Assembly (NCBI RefSeq): GCF_000008665.1
Contig: NC_000917.1
Coordinates: 2,040,001-2,072,000 of the forward strand
Direction of reading: 5' to 3'
Origin: Archaeoglobus fulgidus DSM 4304
GTDB taxonomy: Archaea > Halobacteriota > Archaeoglobi > Archaeoglobales > Archaeoglobaceae
Length of the DNA: 32,000 bases
Below, piece by piece: positions 9,078 to 17,417 of this stretch. The position numbers and the translations under genes were made by a program. The notes beneath the pieces were generated by a model that did not search any database, was not told the origin of the DNA, and worked only from the letters and a program-made list of their open reading frames with translations. Within the stretch, counting starts at the first letter, position 1; every line of letters starts with the position of its first letter.

Positions 9078-9796
9078 ATTATCACCTCCGTTCCAACCTT
9101 CTCTCCCTGTAAGAACTTCTTCAAGTTTTCGTAGTTGCCTTTGAAAACGTAAGCCTTACACCCGTGCCCCATCTCATAAAGCTTCTGAAGCTTTCTCAGC
9201 ATACCTCCTGTCACATCCTCCTTTCCCTTTGCCACTCCACCCTTGGCAATCATTTCCTCAAGGAGGCTTCTGTCAAGCCTATCGATAACATTGCCGTTAA
9301 AATCGTAAACACCCTCAACGTCGGTGGCGAACCCGATCTTCTCAGCTTTAAAAGCCTCTGCGAGGTGCGCAACAATGTCGTCCCCCGAGAGAACTTCTAT
9401 CTTCTCCGCCATCACCACATCCCCGTGGAGAACGGGAAGAAAACCGCTTTTCATGGCTTTATCAACAATCTCAACGCTGTACGCCAGAAAGGGATGGATG
9501 GGGTAGGCGGGAACTTCGAACTCGGTGAGGACGGAGCAGAATCTCTCACTCAATCTGAGGCACCCGAGATGAACCTTTGAGGCTCCAAGAGGGCTTAAAC
9601 CGAATTTTTTTACGTGGGGATGCCCGAACGAGCCTGCACCGTGCACGACAATCAGGTTTCTCCATTTCTCCGAAATTGCTCTGCAGACTTCCCTAAGCTC
9701 CCTCTCTTTCAGCTTTTCAAAGGCCCCCCTGCTCTTGTCTGTTATCACCGAACCCCCTATCTTCAGAATGGTAACGTCACTCTTCAATTCTGACAC
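9074..9796 (-). CDS. ipk: Isopentenyl phosphate kinase (amino acid kinase fold)
   Basis: 240 aa; ILKIGGSVITDKS; VVHGAGSFGHPHVKKFG; VLHGDVVMAEKIEVLSGDDIV; located in the mevalonate pathway operon. Confidence 0.93.
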   Translation of the reverse strand: MSELKSDVTILKIGGSVITDKSRGAFEKLKERELREVCRAISEKWRNLIVVHGAGSFGHPHVKKFGLSPLGASKVHLGCLRLSERFCSVLTEFEVPAYPIHPFLAYSVEIVDKAMKSGFLPVLHGDVVMAEKIEVLSGDDIVAHLAEAFKAEKIGFATDVEGVYDFNGNVIDRLDRSLLEEMIAKGGVAKGKEDVTGGMLRKLQKLYEMGHGCKAYVFKGNYENLKKFLQGEKVGTEVII

Positions 9797-10631
9797 CCTC
9801 CTTTTCGGGCTCGACTATGAAGCTCCCTTTCGGCTTCTCTCCCTTGAACAGGCCGAATATACACCCCCCACCACCCGCTCCAGTTATTTTCGCATTCAAA
9901 CCCATCCTTTCGAGCTCTGCAATGGTTCTGTCGATTTCGGGATTGCTCACCCCTATCGCCCTCAGAAGCGACTGGTTTATGGCTATGAGCTCCTCAAGTC
10001 TTTCAGCGCTGCCAACATCGCTCGCCTCAAGGGAGATTGCGTCGATAGCGTCAAATATTTTATCCACAACCTCAGGATGCCTCTCTCTCAGCTCAGCAAC
10101 TTTTGCGACCATCTCAGCCGTTGACCTGCTGCCAAAGTTGATAACGAAGAACTTGAACGGCATCTCGACCTTTCTACGCTCAGGGAAAAGCCACGAACCT
10201 CCAAAGGTGGATATGAACGGGTCTATTCCGCTCGCCCTTCCCTGAACGTCAATCTCAACCTGCTTCGCCATCTGGAAGATGGCCTCTTTATCCATATCCC
10301 CATCGAACTCTGCATTCAGAGCAGCTATTGTGGCAACAATCACCGCCGCAGAGCTGCCCAGCCCAGAGCCAATCGGTATTTCGCTCTCAATCTCAATTTC
10401 AGCACCCGGAATATTTCTAAGCTCCCCAAACCTCTTAACAGCCTGCACGACGTAGGGATGCCTTTGATAGTCCAGCCCGCTCTCTCCTAACGAAGACCTA
10501 ATCAGAAACCTGTCAGATTTTCTCACCGACACTCTGCATCTAAGGTTAATCGCTGACACCACCGCATGCCTACCGTAAACCACCGCATGCTCGCCGAACA
10601 GAATTATCTTTCCGGGTGCTGATGCAATCAT
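9777..10631 (-). CDS. mvk: Mevalonate kinase (GHMP kinase)
   Basis: 284 aa; APGKIILFGEHAVVYG; IPIGSGLGSSAAVIVATIAAL; KITGAGGGGCIFG. Confidence 0.96.
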   Translation of the reverse strand: MIASAPGKIILFGEHAVVYGRHAVVSAINLRCRVSVRKSDRFLIRSSLGESGLDYQRHPYVVQAVKRFGELRNIPGAEIEIESEIPIGSGLGSSAAVIVATIAALNAEFDGDMDKEAIFQMAKQVEIDVQGRASGIDPFISTFGGSWLFPERRKVEMPFKFFVINFGSRSTAEMVAKVAELRERHPEVVDKIFDAIDAISLEASDVGSAERLEELIAINQSLLRAIGVSNPEIDRTIAELERMGLNAKITGAGGGGCIFGLFKGEKPKGSFIVEPEKEGVRIEE

Positions 10632-10680
10632 CGATTAGACTACGGGAAAAACTTAAAGAATTTTGTGCAAACATTCTCTC

Positions 10681-11411
10681 ATGAAGATCGTTTTTCACCC
10701 GAAGTTCTACACCGTCTACACCTCCGACCCCGCAGCGGAGGCTGGGAGGATGGAGGCTATTATGGAGGAGCTGAGGGATTACGAGGTCGTTGAGCCGGAA
10801 CCGGCAAAGATAGAGGACATACTCTCGTTCACACGAGGGAGCACTACATGTACGTCAAAAGCGAGCCTGAGATTTATGAAGTTGCGGTTCTCGCCGTTGG
10901 CGGAGCGATTCTTGCGTCGGAAATAGCCTTTAACGAGCCTGCCTTTGGAGCCATACGCCCTCCAGGGCATCACGCAAGCCCGGACAGCAGCTGGGGATTC
11001 TGCTACTTCAACAACATAGCCATTGCGGTCAAGAAGCTGCTGGTGGAGGGGAGGATTAAGAAGGCCGTAATCGTGGACTTCGACTTGCACTTTGGAGACG
11101 GAACTGCAAACGCCTTTGCAGGTGTGGAGGAGGTCAAGTACCACCACATGAAGGGTGCGGACATAGCCGGCATAGAGCAGTTCCTGAAGGAGAACGAATA
11201 CGACATAGTTGCCGTCTCAGCGGGCTTCGACCGACACAAGGATGATTGGGGAGGAATTCTTGAAACTGAAGATTACAGAGAGATTGGCAGAATAATCAAG
11301 GAGTATGCTGAAGAAAAGTGCGAGGGCAGGAGGTTTGCCGTGCTTGAGGGCGGCTACAACCACTCGGTGCTGGGGAAGAACGTAAGGGCTTTTGTCGAGG
11401 GGATGGAGTAA
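10681..11411 (+). pseudogene. Histone deacetylase/acetylpolyamine amidohydrolase family gene, interrupted by an apparent single-base frameshift near 10822-10827
   Basis: Frame 1 N-terminus MKIVFHPKFYTVYTSDPAAEAGRMEAIMEEL...EPAKIEDIL; other frame continues VHTREHYMYVKSEPEIYEVAVLAVGG...IRPPGHHA...YFNNIAIA...VDFDLHFGDGT...GFDRHKDDWGG...LEGGYN. Confidence 0.8.
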
Positions 11412-11412
11412 G

Positions 11413-12706
11413 TAATCCGCTCTTCTTGACAATCGACCATCAAAAACTGAGAGCCGCGGAACCATTGAATATATGAGGATTTGTAATTGTAACAAAGAGA
11501 GCTTGCAATATCTGATATATGTGCACTAACCTACAAATTTTCCAAATTGTAAAACCAACCTCAAGCTTACGAGGGTTTTCAGATATTTTTATCGACTTAA
11601 GGGTATGGATTATTTCATGCCGATCGTCATCCACTTTTTATCAATCGATGGGACGAGTGGGGATAGATATTTTACATTGAACACAAGGGATGAGGAGAAT
11701 TTTGAGTATTGGTAATGTTCTCCGAAAGTGATTAATAGTGAAACAACTTGATACTAATCGTGGACACAAGGTTAATAGCCATAGCTACCTTTGTAGTTAC
11801 TTTTGGCATTTTAATTGTTTTGAAGAGACTAAATTACATCGAATCTTGGGATACCTTCTCTATATTGTCTATATTAGCTGCAGTTTTGACAATAGCAGCT
11901 TATTTTTTTACATTAGTACTTTTTCCTCAGGATTATGACCAACTCAAGAAAGAGATCTTGGATGAGATAAACGAGAGCCTTAAAAATTATGAAATTTATT
12001 TCAAATGCAAGGATTTCAAGAAACCGATCGTAAAAGATGGAGCTGTTAGAATAGATAAGTGTGTCGTTATGGCCACAAAACTAAACTTAACAGATCATGG
12101 ATATATAGTGGACTTGAAATTTAGGTCTAATTGGATGGATTCCAAAGGGACACACGCAATTTTGTTTATAGATGGGGATGATGCACAGATAAATCTATTC
12201 GAACGCGAAGGAGAGATTTTTTATATTATAAAGTCAAAAAACAAAATCTCTGGAGTTTACATTCAGTTGAAATCCGTAAAATGGTTTGATGAGGCATTTA
12301 GCGATAACTGGAACAACATAAAAATTATGTGGGACACGAGTAAAGATGAAATTTGGCTGGAGATAAACGGTATAAGAGTTTCCAAAAAATTAAATTTTGA
12401 CTTTAATTTAAATGATTCTGTAATATACCTTGGCTCGAATCCACTTGAAGACACTTATGCAGAAGGATATTTTGACAGAATTATGGTTTATAAATCTGCT
12501 GATACGGCTGATTTTGGAACTCCAACCGTAAGGAGGTTCGAATAACATCTCTATAGGTCGTGTTGGAGGGGGTATGTTCATTTCTGAACTCATTCCCACC
12601 ACAATAACATCTCACTAGCACCCTAATATCCTTCGTTAGTTTTCCAAAAGTCTTAGGCATTTTACATGGTGGTAGTTGGGTAGAGTATAGGTTTTGCGTC
12701 AAAATA
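11413..12706. other. AT-rich segment interrupting otherwise GC-richer, tightly packed genes
   Basis: Visibly A/T-rich sequence with long non-coding flanks (11413-11747 and 12546-12706) around one ORF with AAA/ATA/TTT-rich codons. Confidence 0.5.
11748..12545 (+). CDS. Membrane-anchored protein with C-terminal LamG/concanavalin A-like domain
   Basis: Two N-terminal TM helices, then FSDNWNNIKIMWDTSKDEIWLEINGIRVSKKLNFDFNLNDSVIYLGSNP...GYFDRIMVYK, typical of LamG-like jelly-roll repeats. Start is TTG. Confidence 0.65.
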   Translation: MILIVDTRLIAIATFVVTFGILIVLKRLNYIESWDTFSILSILAAVLTIAAYFFTLVLFPQDYDQLKKEILDEINESLKNYEIYFKCKDFKKPIVKDGAVRIDKCVVMATKLNLTDHGYIVDLKFRSNWMDSKGTHAILFIDGDDAQINLFEREGEIFYIIKSKNKISGVYIQLKSVKWFDEAFSDNWNNIKIMWDTSKDEIWLEINGIRVSKKLNFDFNLNDSVIYLGSNPLEDTYAEGYFDRIMVYKSADTADFGTPTVRRFE

Positions 12707-13570
12707 TCAAACCCTTTTTATGCGTTCCACCGCCTCACAATCCCCCAGCAATATTTTGAACTCCTGCTCACTTCCGCACTCGTCCCTTATCCCCTTCAAA
12801 AACAGCTCCTCGTATTTTTCCCTTTCCACACCGAAGTAGTCCCTCTCGCTTGTTCCCCTGAAGTAAAGCCGGTTTACAGGACTTTTAGGGTCTTTGAGAA
12901 CGTCAGGTGGGCAGAAGGGCGCACCATAGTAATGCTGCAGAAAGCTCTCGTTGCTCGGCTTCTTCTCAAACCTCGTGACGTCGAGCAAGACTATTTTTCC
13001 GTCGCAGTACATAGCCTCGTAATCCTCCCAGGGGGAGTAAACGAATCCCTCCTTCCAGAGCCTGTAGAGGAGTCTCGCCGTCAGGTAGATGGACTCCTCG
13101 ATTATTCTCCGGCTTTTCTCATCGCTCCTCATTACGTCTCCGTCCCTCAGCTCGGAAAGCGGAAGACCGTTAATCCACTCCTGCAGCATGAACTCGTCCG
13201 TGTACGCAACGGGAACCGCAATGTTCTCCCTGAATTTCTCAAAAAGTCCCCTCAGTGGGTCAAGGATGTCCCTAAAGCTTTTCACCGGAGAGTTTGGTGA
13301 AAGAACATTAAGAACGAAGGTTTTTTCTCCGGCGTCAACTCTGAAAACGTAGTACCTAACCCAGGCTGAAAGCATAGAAACCCTGAACTCGTCGGAGAGA
13401 CCTTCAAGGCCGAGCTCCACTACAGCCTGCGAAATCTTCTCCTCGACCCTCCTTTTCCGCTCCTCGGGTGTGGAGCCAAAAAGCGATTTTTTGAGCAGCG
13501 CTACCGTAACTCCCCAGCAAACGACGTGGTCGGCAGTAACGCTGTCATCAATCCTCAAGCGGAAACTCAT
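12707..13570 (-). CDS. Uncharacterised protein with divergent kinase-like features
   Basis: 287 aa; KTFVLNVLSPNS (beta3-like), MLQEWINGLPLSEL (hinge-like), RLLYRLWKEGFVY...DGKIVLLDVTRF (DFG-like position); the canonical HxD is not present. Confidence 0.45.
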   Translation of the reverse strand: MSFRLRIDDSVTADHVVCWGVTVALLKKSLFGSTPEERKRRVEEKISQAVVELGLEGLSDEFRVSMLSAWVRYYVFRVDAGEKTFVLNVLSPNSPVKSFRDILDPLRGLFEKFRENIAVPVAYTDEFMLQEWINGLPLSELRDGDVMRSDEKSRRIIEESIYLTARLLYRLWKEGFVYSPWEDYEAMYCDGKIVLLDVTRFEKKPSNESFLQHYYGAPFCPPDVLKDPKSPVNRLYFRGTSERDYFGVEREKYEELFLKGIRDECGSEQEFKILLGDCEAVERIKRV

Positions 13571-13754
13571 AGCTCTCCATGTTTATCTGCCTAACCCTCC
13601 TAACGATTCCTTTAGTCCCGCAATCCTTGCAGACGACAATGTAAACTTCAGCATCAAACTCAGCATTCCTCCTCTTGAATTTCCCTTTTTTCTCCTCAAG
13701 AACCTCAACTTCGTGGAGCTTTCCGTCATCGCAGATGGGGCACTCTATTTCCAT
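13548..13754 (-). CDS. Small zinc-ribbon protein
   Basis: MEIECPICDDGKLHEVEVLEEKKGKFKRRNAEFDAEVYIVVCKDCGTKG; two CxxC pairs. Confidence 0.65.
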   Translation of the reverse strand: MEIECPICDDGKLHEVEVLEEKKGKFKRRNAEFDAEVYIVVCKDCGTKGIVRRVRQINMESYEFPLED

Positions 13755-13776
13755 GAAAGCCACTCCCGTATTCAAC

Positions 13777-14943
13777 TTAAAACACTTTTGAAATTGATGG
13801 CTTTTTACGGTCGTTGGGGAGCAGCAGCGTCAGGATGAAGGCAACCGTAATTGGAATGGTTAGGTAGGTGAAGTAAAGCTCTGCACTGCTGATGAAGTAC
13901 ATGGCTCCCAGCGTAAGGGCCACTGAAATCGCTCTGCTGGTCAATCCAACAAACCCGGTGGCGCTGCCGTGAACCTCTCTATCGCAGAACTTTCCTATCC
14001 AGTCCATTATTATCGCGTAGGCGGGGAGCATCAGCAGCCCGCTTATGCCGAGAAAGGCGAAGAGCAGCGTGGTGTTTAAGGAAAATGCCAGAATGACGAA
14101 GAAGGCAGCAATCAGCGGAGTTATAGATCTCATGTAGATTGTCCTTAAATTCGCTCTTGCCACTCTGTCTGGAATAACCGCGACACCAATCAACCCGAGA
14201 ACTATCGCCAGAGCAACGGCGTCTCCAGCAACCTTTTCCAGCCCAGCACTTCTTAAAGCAGGTTGCAGCCATGTTGCGAGGTTGTCGAAGGTAGCTACGC
14301 CGAATCCAAGAATGGCTCCGATAATCCAGAGGTCTTTTCTTTTCAAAACCGCTCCGAACTGTTTAACGGCAAAGCTTTCGGCTTTGGTAAACCTCACCGC
14401 CCGCACTGCTATTAGCACTAAGACTATTCCCGCGGTTGCAACCACGGCAGAAGGAAGTATGAGCAAAGTTAGCCCTCCAGCGGTGTAGAGCTTGAGCCCC
14501 GCAGCGAGGGCGAAGACAGTTCCGAGATACATGGAGAGGCTAAGAACTGAGATTACGAGCGTCCTCCTTTCCTCGTAAAGCTGCGATGCATAGGGAACGA
14601 AGGCGTTAAGCAGGAAAGGCTGCCCCAGAGCACCTGAAAGCTGGCATACAAGGAGCCAGTAGTAGTTGAAGCTCACAAGCCTTCCTGCTGCAGCGAAGAA
14701 GGTCGCTACGCTGCCGAACAGAAACCACCTTTTGAAGTCCCTGTCGAGAAGCAACCCGCTCGGTATGGTGAGGATAAGGAAAAAGATTGGGTAAGTTACG
14801 GCCAGCAGGCCGAGAAGCTCGACCGAGACGTTTATTTCTTCAGAAACGAGAGTGAGGACCGGAGAGAATGTAACCCAGACTGCCTGCGAGGCAAAAACTA
14901 TGAGGATAAAGCCCGCTGTTAGCAGCGCCCTCATCTGAACCAC
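13777..14943 (-). CDS. Major facilitator superfamily transporter
   Basis: 388 aa; about 12 hydrophobic segments; FLILTIPSGLLLDRDFKRW loop motif. Confidence 0.85.
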   Translation of the reverse strand: MVQMRALLTAGFILIVFASQAVWVTFSPVLTLVSEEINVSVELLGLLAVTYPIFFLILTIPSGLLLDRDFKRWFLFGSVATFFAAAGRLVSFNYYWLLVCQLSGALGQPFLLNAFVPYASQLYEERRTLVISVLSLSMYLGTVFALAAGLKLYTAGGLTLLILPSAVVATAGIVLVLIAVRAVRFTKAESFAVKQFGAVLKRKDLWIIGAILGFGVATFDNLATWLQPALRSAGLEKVAGDAVALAIVLGLIGVAVIPDRVARANLRTIYMRSITPLIAAFFVILAFSLNTTLLFAFLGISGLLMLPAYAIIMDWIGKFCDREVHGSATGFVGLTSRAISVALTLGAMYFISSAELYFTYLTIPITVAFILTLLLPNDRKKPSISKVF

Positions 14944-15080
14944 TCTACAACGATGTTCTTTATCAGTTCAACCGCCACCTTTTCTGGAATGGATTCGAGC
15001 AGCATTGGTATAACGCTGGAGTCTATTCTACCCTCCTCTATGCCCTTTATGATTTCGGCAAACTCCCCCCTTTCAGCCAT
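14931..15080 (-). CDS. 49-codon ORF, possibly the out-of-frame C-terminus of the upstream decarboxylase gene
   Basis: MAERGEFAEIIKGIEEGRIDSSVIPMLLESIPEKVAVELIKNIVVEWFR*, read manually; overlaps the 3' end of the decarboxylase and the start of the MFS gene. Confidence 0.4.
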   Translation of the reverse strand: MAERGEFAEIIKGIEEGRIDSSVIPMLLESIPEKVAVELIKNIVVEWFR

Positions 15081-16291
15081 TGCGTAAATCTGCTTAGTGT
15101 CAACTCCGGCTCCATCTCCAGAGCCTTCGCAGCATCTTCAACGAACTTCTCCGCAACACCGTCGTGAACCGGGCTCAGCGTGAGGTGAATGTTGTCAGGG
15201 ATGTCGTACTCTTTCAGCCCCTTTTGAAGGTGAAGCTGCCAGCCAAGCTTTTTCATGTTGTTTACGAAGCCCATCAGGTCAACATCCGGATTTGTCATCG
15301 CCAGAACGCTGCTCTCAACCTCTCCGACGCTCTCGAAACCTAGACTCTTCAACCCCCTGTAAATTTTGTCTCTCGCCGATAGAATTTTCGAGGCAAGCTC
15401 CTTGTAGCCCTCGACGCCCAGGTACTTAATCACCGCAAAGGCTGCTGCTAAAGGCCCCTCAGGTCTTGAAGACAGCACGGCTTGATTGACAAAAACGTAG
15501 CCCGGAGAGGTTACATCAACGAACATGGAGCATTTTTTCAGTTCAGCATCTCTGAAAAGCACCACAGAAGCTCCCTTTGGGGCGTAGCCGTACTTGTGCG
15601 CGTCGAGAGAGATTGAGGTAACCCCCTCAACCCTGAAATCGAACTTCGGTATTTTCTCTCCCAGCATCTCGAAGAAGGGCAGAATGAAGCCCCCGAGGCA
15701 TGCATCGACGTGAAGGAGGACGTTTCTCTCTGCAGCAATTTCTGCAATCTCCTCTACTGGGTCAATGGTTCCGAAAGGCCAGTTGGGTGCGGACAAGGCA
15801 ATTAGTGCCGTTTTACCGCTGACGGCCTCAGCAAAGGCATCAACATCACCCTTTGCATCCTTTACCGGCAGTCTGACAACTTTAAGGCCAAGATAGTCAG
15901 CGGCTTTCAGAAAAGCTGGGTGAATCGAGATTGGTGCAAGTATTTCAGGAACCTCCGCCGTTCCCTCTTTCTTCCTGTAGTAATCTCTGGCAGCCTTCAC
16001 GGCGAGCATTATGCTTTCCGTCCCGCCAAAGGTGAAGGAGCCAACAGCAGCGTCGCCGTGCATCAGGTTTCTGGCGAACCCGACCACTTCCTTCTCAAAG
16101 AATACCGCGCTTCTGAAAACGGTAAAGTCAAGCAGGTTTTTCTCAGCAAAGCGCACCAGAGCTTTTTCAGCGACCTTCCTTATGTTCTCATCTCCGGTCT
16201 CGTAAACGTAGGCGAAAAGCCTTCCGGTTCGAGGGTTGAGGTCTTCCGATTCGGCCTTTTCAAGAAGGGAGAGCACATCATCTATCGTCAT
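15047..16291 (-). CDS. PLP-dependent group II decarboxylase/sphingosine-1-phosphate lyase-like
   Basis: 414 aa; GSFTFGGTESIMLAVKAARDYYRKK; VHVDACLGGF; SISLDAHKYGYAPKGASVVLFRD (PLP lysine). The C-terminus may be frame-disrupted, see findings. Confidence 0.85.
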   Translation of the reverse strand: MTIDDVLSLLEKAESEDLNPRTGRLFAYVYETGDENIRKVAEKALVRFAEKNLLDFTVFRSAVFFEKEVVGFARNLMHGDAAVGSFTFGGTESIMLAVKAARDYYRKKEGTAEVPEILAPISIHPAFLKAADYLGLKVVRLPVKDAKGDVDAFAEAVSGKTALIALSAPNWPFGTIDPVEEIAEIAAERNVLLHVDACLGGFILPFFEMLGEKIPKFDFRVEGVTSISLDAHKYGYAPKGASVVLFRDAELKKCSMFVDVTSPGYVFVNQAVLSSRPEGPLAAAFAVIKYLGVEGYKELASKILSARDKIYRGLKSLGFESVGEVESSVLAMTNPDVDLMGFVNNMKKLGWQLHLQKGLKEYDIPDNIHLTLSPVHDGVAEKFVEDAAKALEMEPELTLSRFTQWLKGGSLPKS

Positions 16292-16334
16292 CTTTTAAAT
16301 TGATTTTAATTAAAAAATAAAGGTTTCGATTTTG

Positions 16335-17417
16335 CTAGCTTTCCGGCACTTCTGTCAGATACCTCTTGAAGAGGGCGTAGAATGCTGCTGTTAAGAAAAC
16401 GGCGAGGCTTACGAGCAGGAAGGCCATGATTACGTAAACTGCAACCATTGGAACCTCTATGTAGAGATTGGAGAAGGCGGCAATGGGAATCCCTTCGCTG
16501 CCTGTAACCACCATGTACGGATACCTTGCTCCGCTGTTCATCAGCTCTCCGAAAAAGACCGCTGATAAGGCAAGAATCAGCGAGTATTTTGTGTAAGAAG
16601 CGCTCTCCCTTATGTAGCCCAGAATGCCGAGAACGAGGAGGGCTGTAACCACTGCTATTTTGGCGGCGAAAGCGGGGGCGAAGGAGCCAAAGGTAACGCT
16701 TGAGAACATGTAAGGAGAGTAGTCGTGGAGTGAAGCCCAGAAGATAACACCCATCGGAATCTGGATCAGAAGGAAACCCAGACCGTAGAGATATCCCACT
16801 CTTATCCCATCAGAGTCTCCTTCGAGGGACATCAGGTATGCAACAACAAATCCTCCTACTGACATCACAGCAAAGAGCGTGTGGAGGTAAAGCAGCCAGA
16901 AGAAGGGGTTTGCATAAGCTGCAAGTGGAGAAACGGCTGAGGTTGTGAGGTATTCAGCAACAGCAGTGGGTGCGGTGATTTCAGAGAAAATGGCCCTGAA
17001 TCCCAAGGGAATGGTGAAGCCTGACACCGCCATCACAATTCCAATGAAGCTGTGGTATCTGGGATGTATCTTGCCCCAAGTGTACCAGAAAATGCCTATG
17101 CTCGGAATTCTGACCATGATTGATATCAGGGCGATGAGCAGCGGAACAAAAAGGACGTTGGTTGCAAGCGCTGTTAAAGTAGGGAAGAATCCTGCGAGAA
17201 AGACCGTGATTATCGTCCCCCAAACTCCTGAGAAGAGCTCCAAAACCACCATAACCTTAAAGACCTTCCTTGAGAACATTTCGAGGTAACTGTCGTTGCT
17301 GAGATAGGCTTTAAGGCGAGAGTAGGCAGCAATCCAGCCAACGCCGATTGTGATGGATACGAAGATTATGTGGAGCAGCACAGCAAAACCGAGCCCGAAA
17401 AAGCCCACCTCACTCAT
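16335..17417 (-). CDS. Cytochrome bd-type oxidase second subunit, CydA-like (CydA' candidate)
   Basis: About 360 aa from ATG 17417; LLHIIFVSITIGVGWIAAYSRL, ANPFFWLLYLHTLFAVMSVGGFVVAYLM, LIQIPMGVIFW; overlaps the 3' end of cydA. Confidence 0.75.
   Translation of the reverse strand: MSEVGFFGLGFAVLLHIIFVSITIGVGWIAAYSRLKAYLSNDSYLEMFSRKVFKVMVVLELFSGVWGTIITVFLAGFFPTLTALATNVLFVPLLIALISIMVRIPSIGIFWYTWGKIHPRYHSFIGIVMAVSGFTIPLGFRAIFSEITAPTAVAEYLTTSAVSPLAAYANPFFWLLYLHTLFAVMSVGGFVVAYLMSLEGDSDGIRVGYLYGLGFLLIQIPMGVIFWASLHDYSPYMFSSVTFGSFAPAFAAKIAVVTALLVLGILGYIRESASYTKYSLILALSAVFFGELMNSGARYPYMVVTGSEGIPIAAFSNLYIEVPMVAVYVIMAFLLVSLAVFLTAAFYALFKRYLTEVPES

Noticed and set aside
11440-11634. 64-aa minus-strand ORF in the AT-rich island
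   Set aside because: No domain, no clear promoter, weak coding character; could be a remnant but unsupported.
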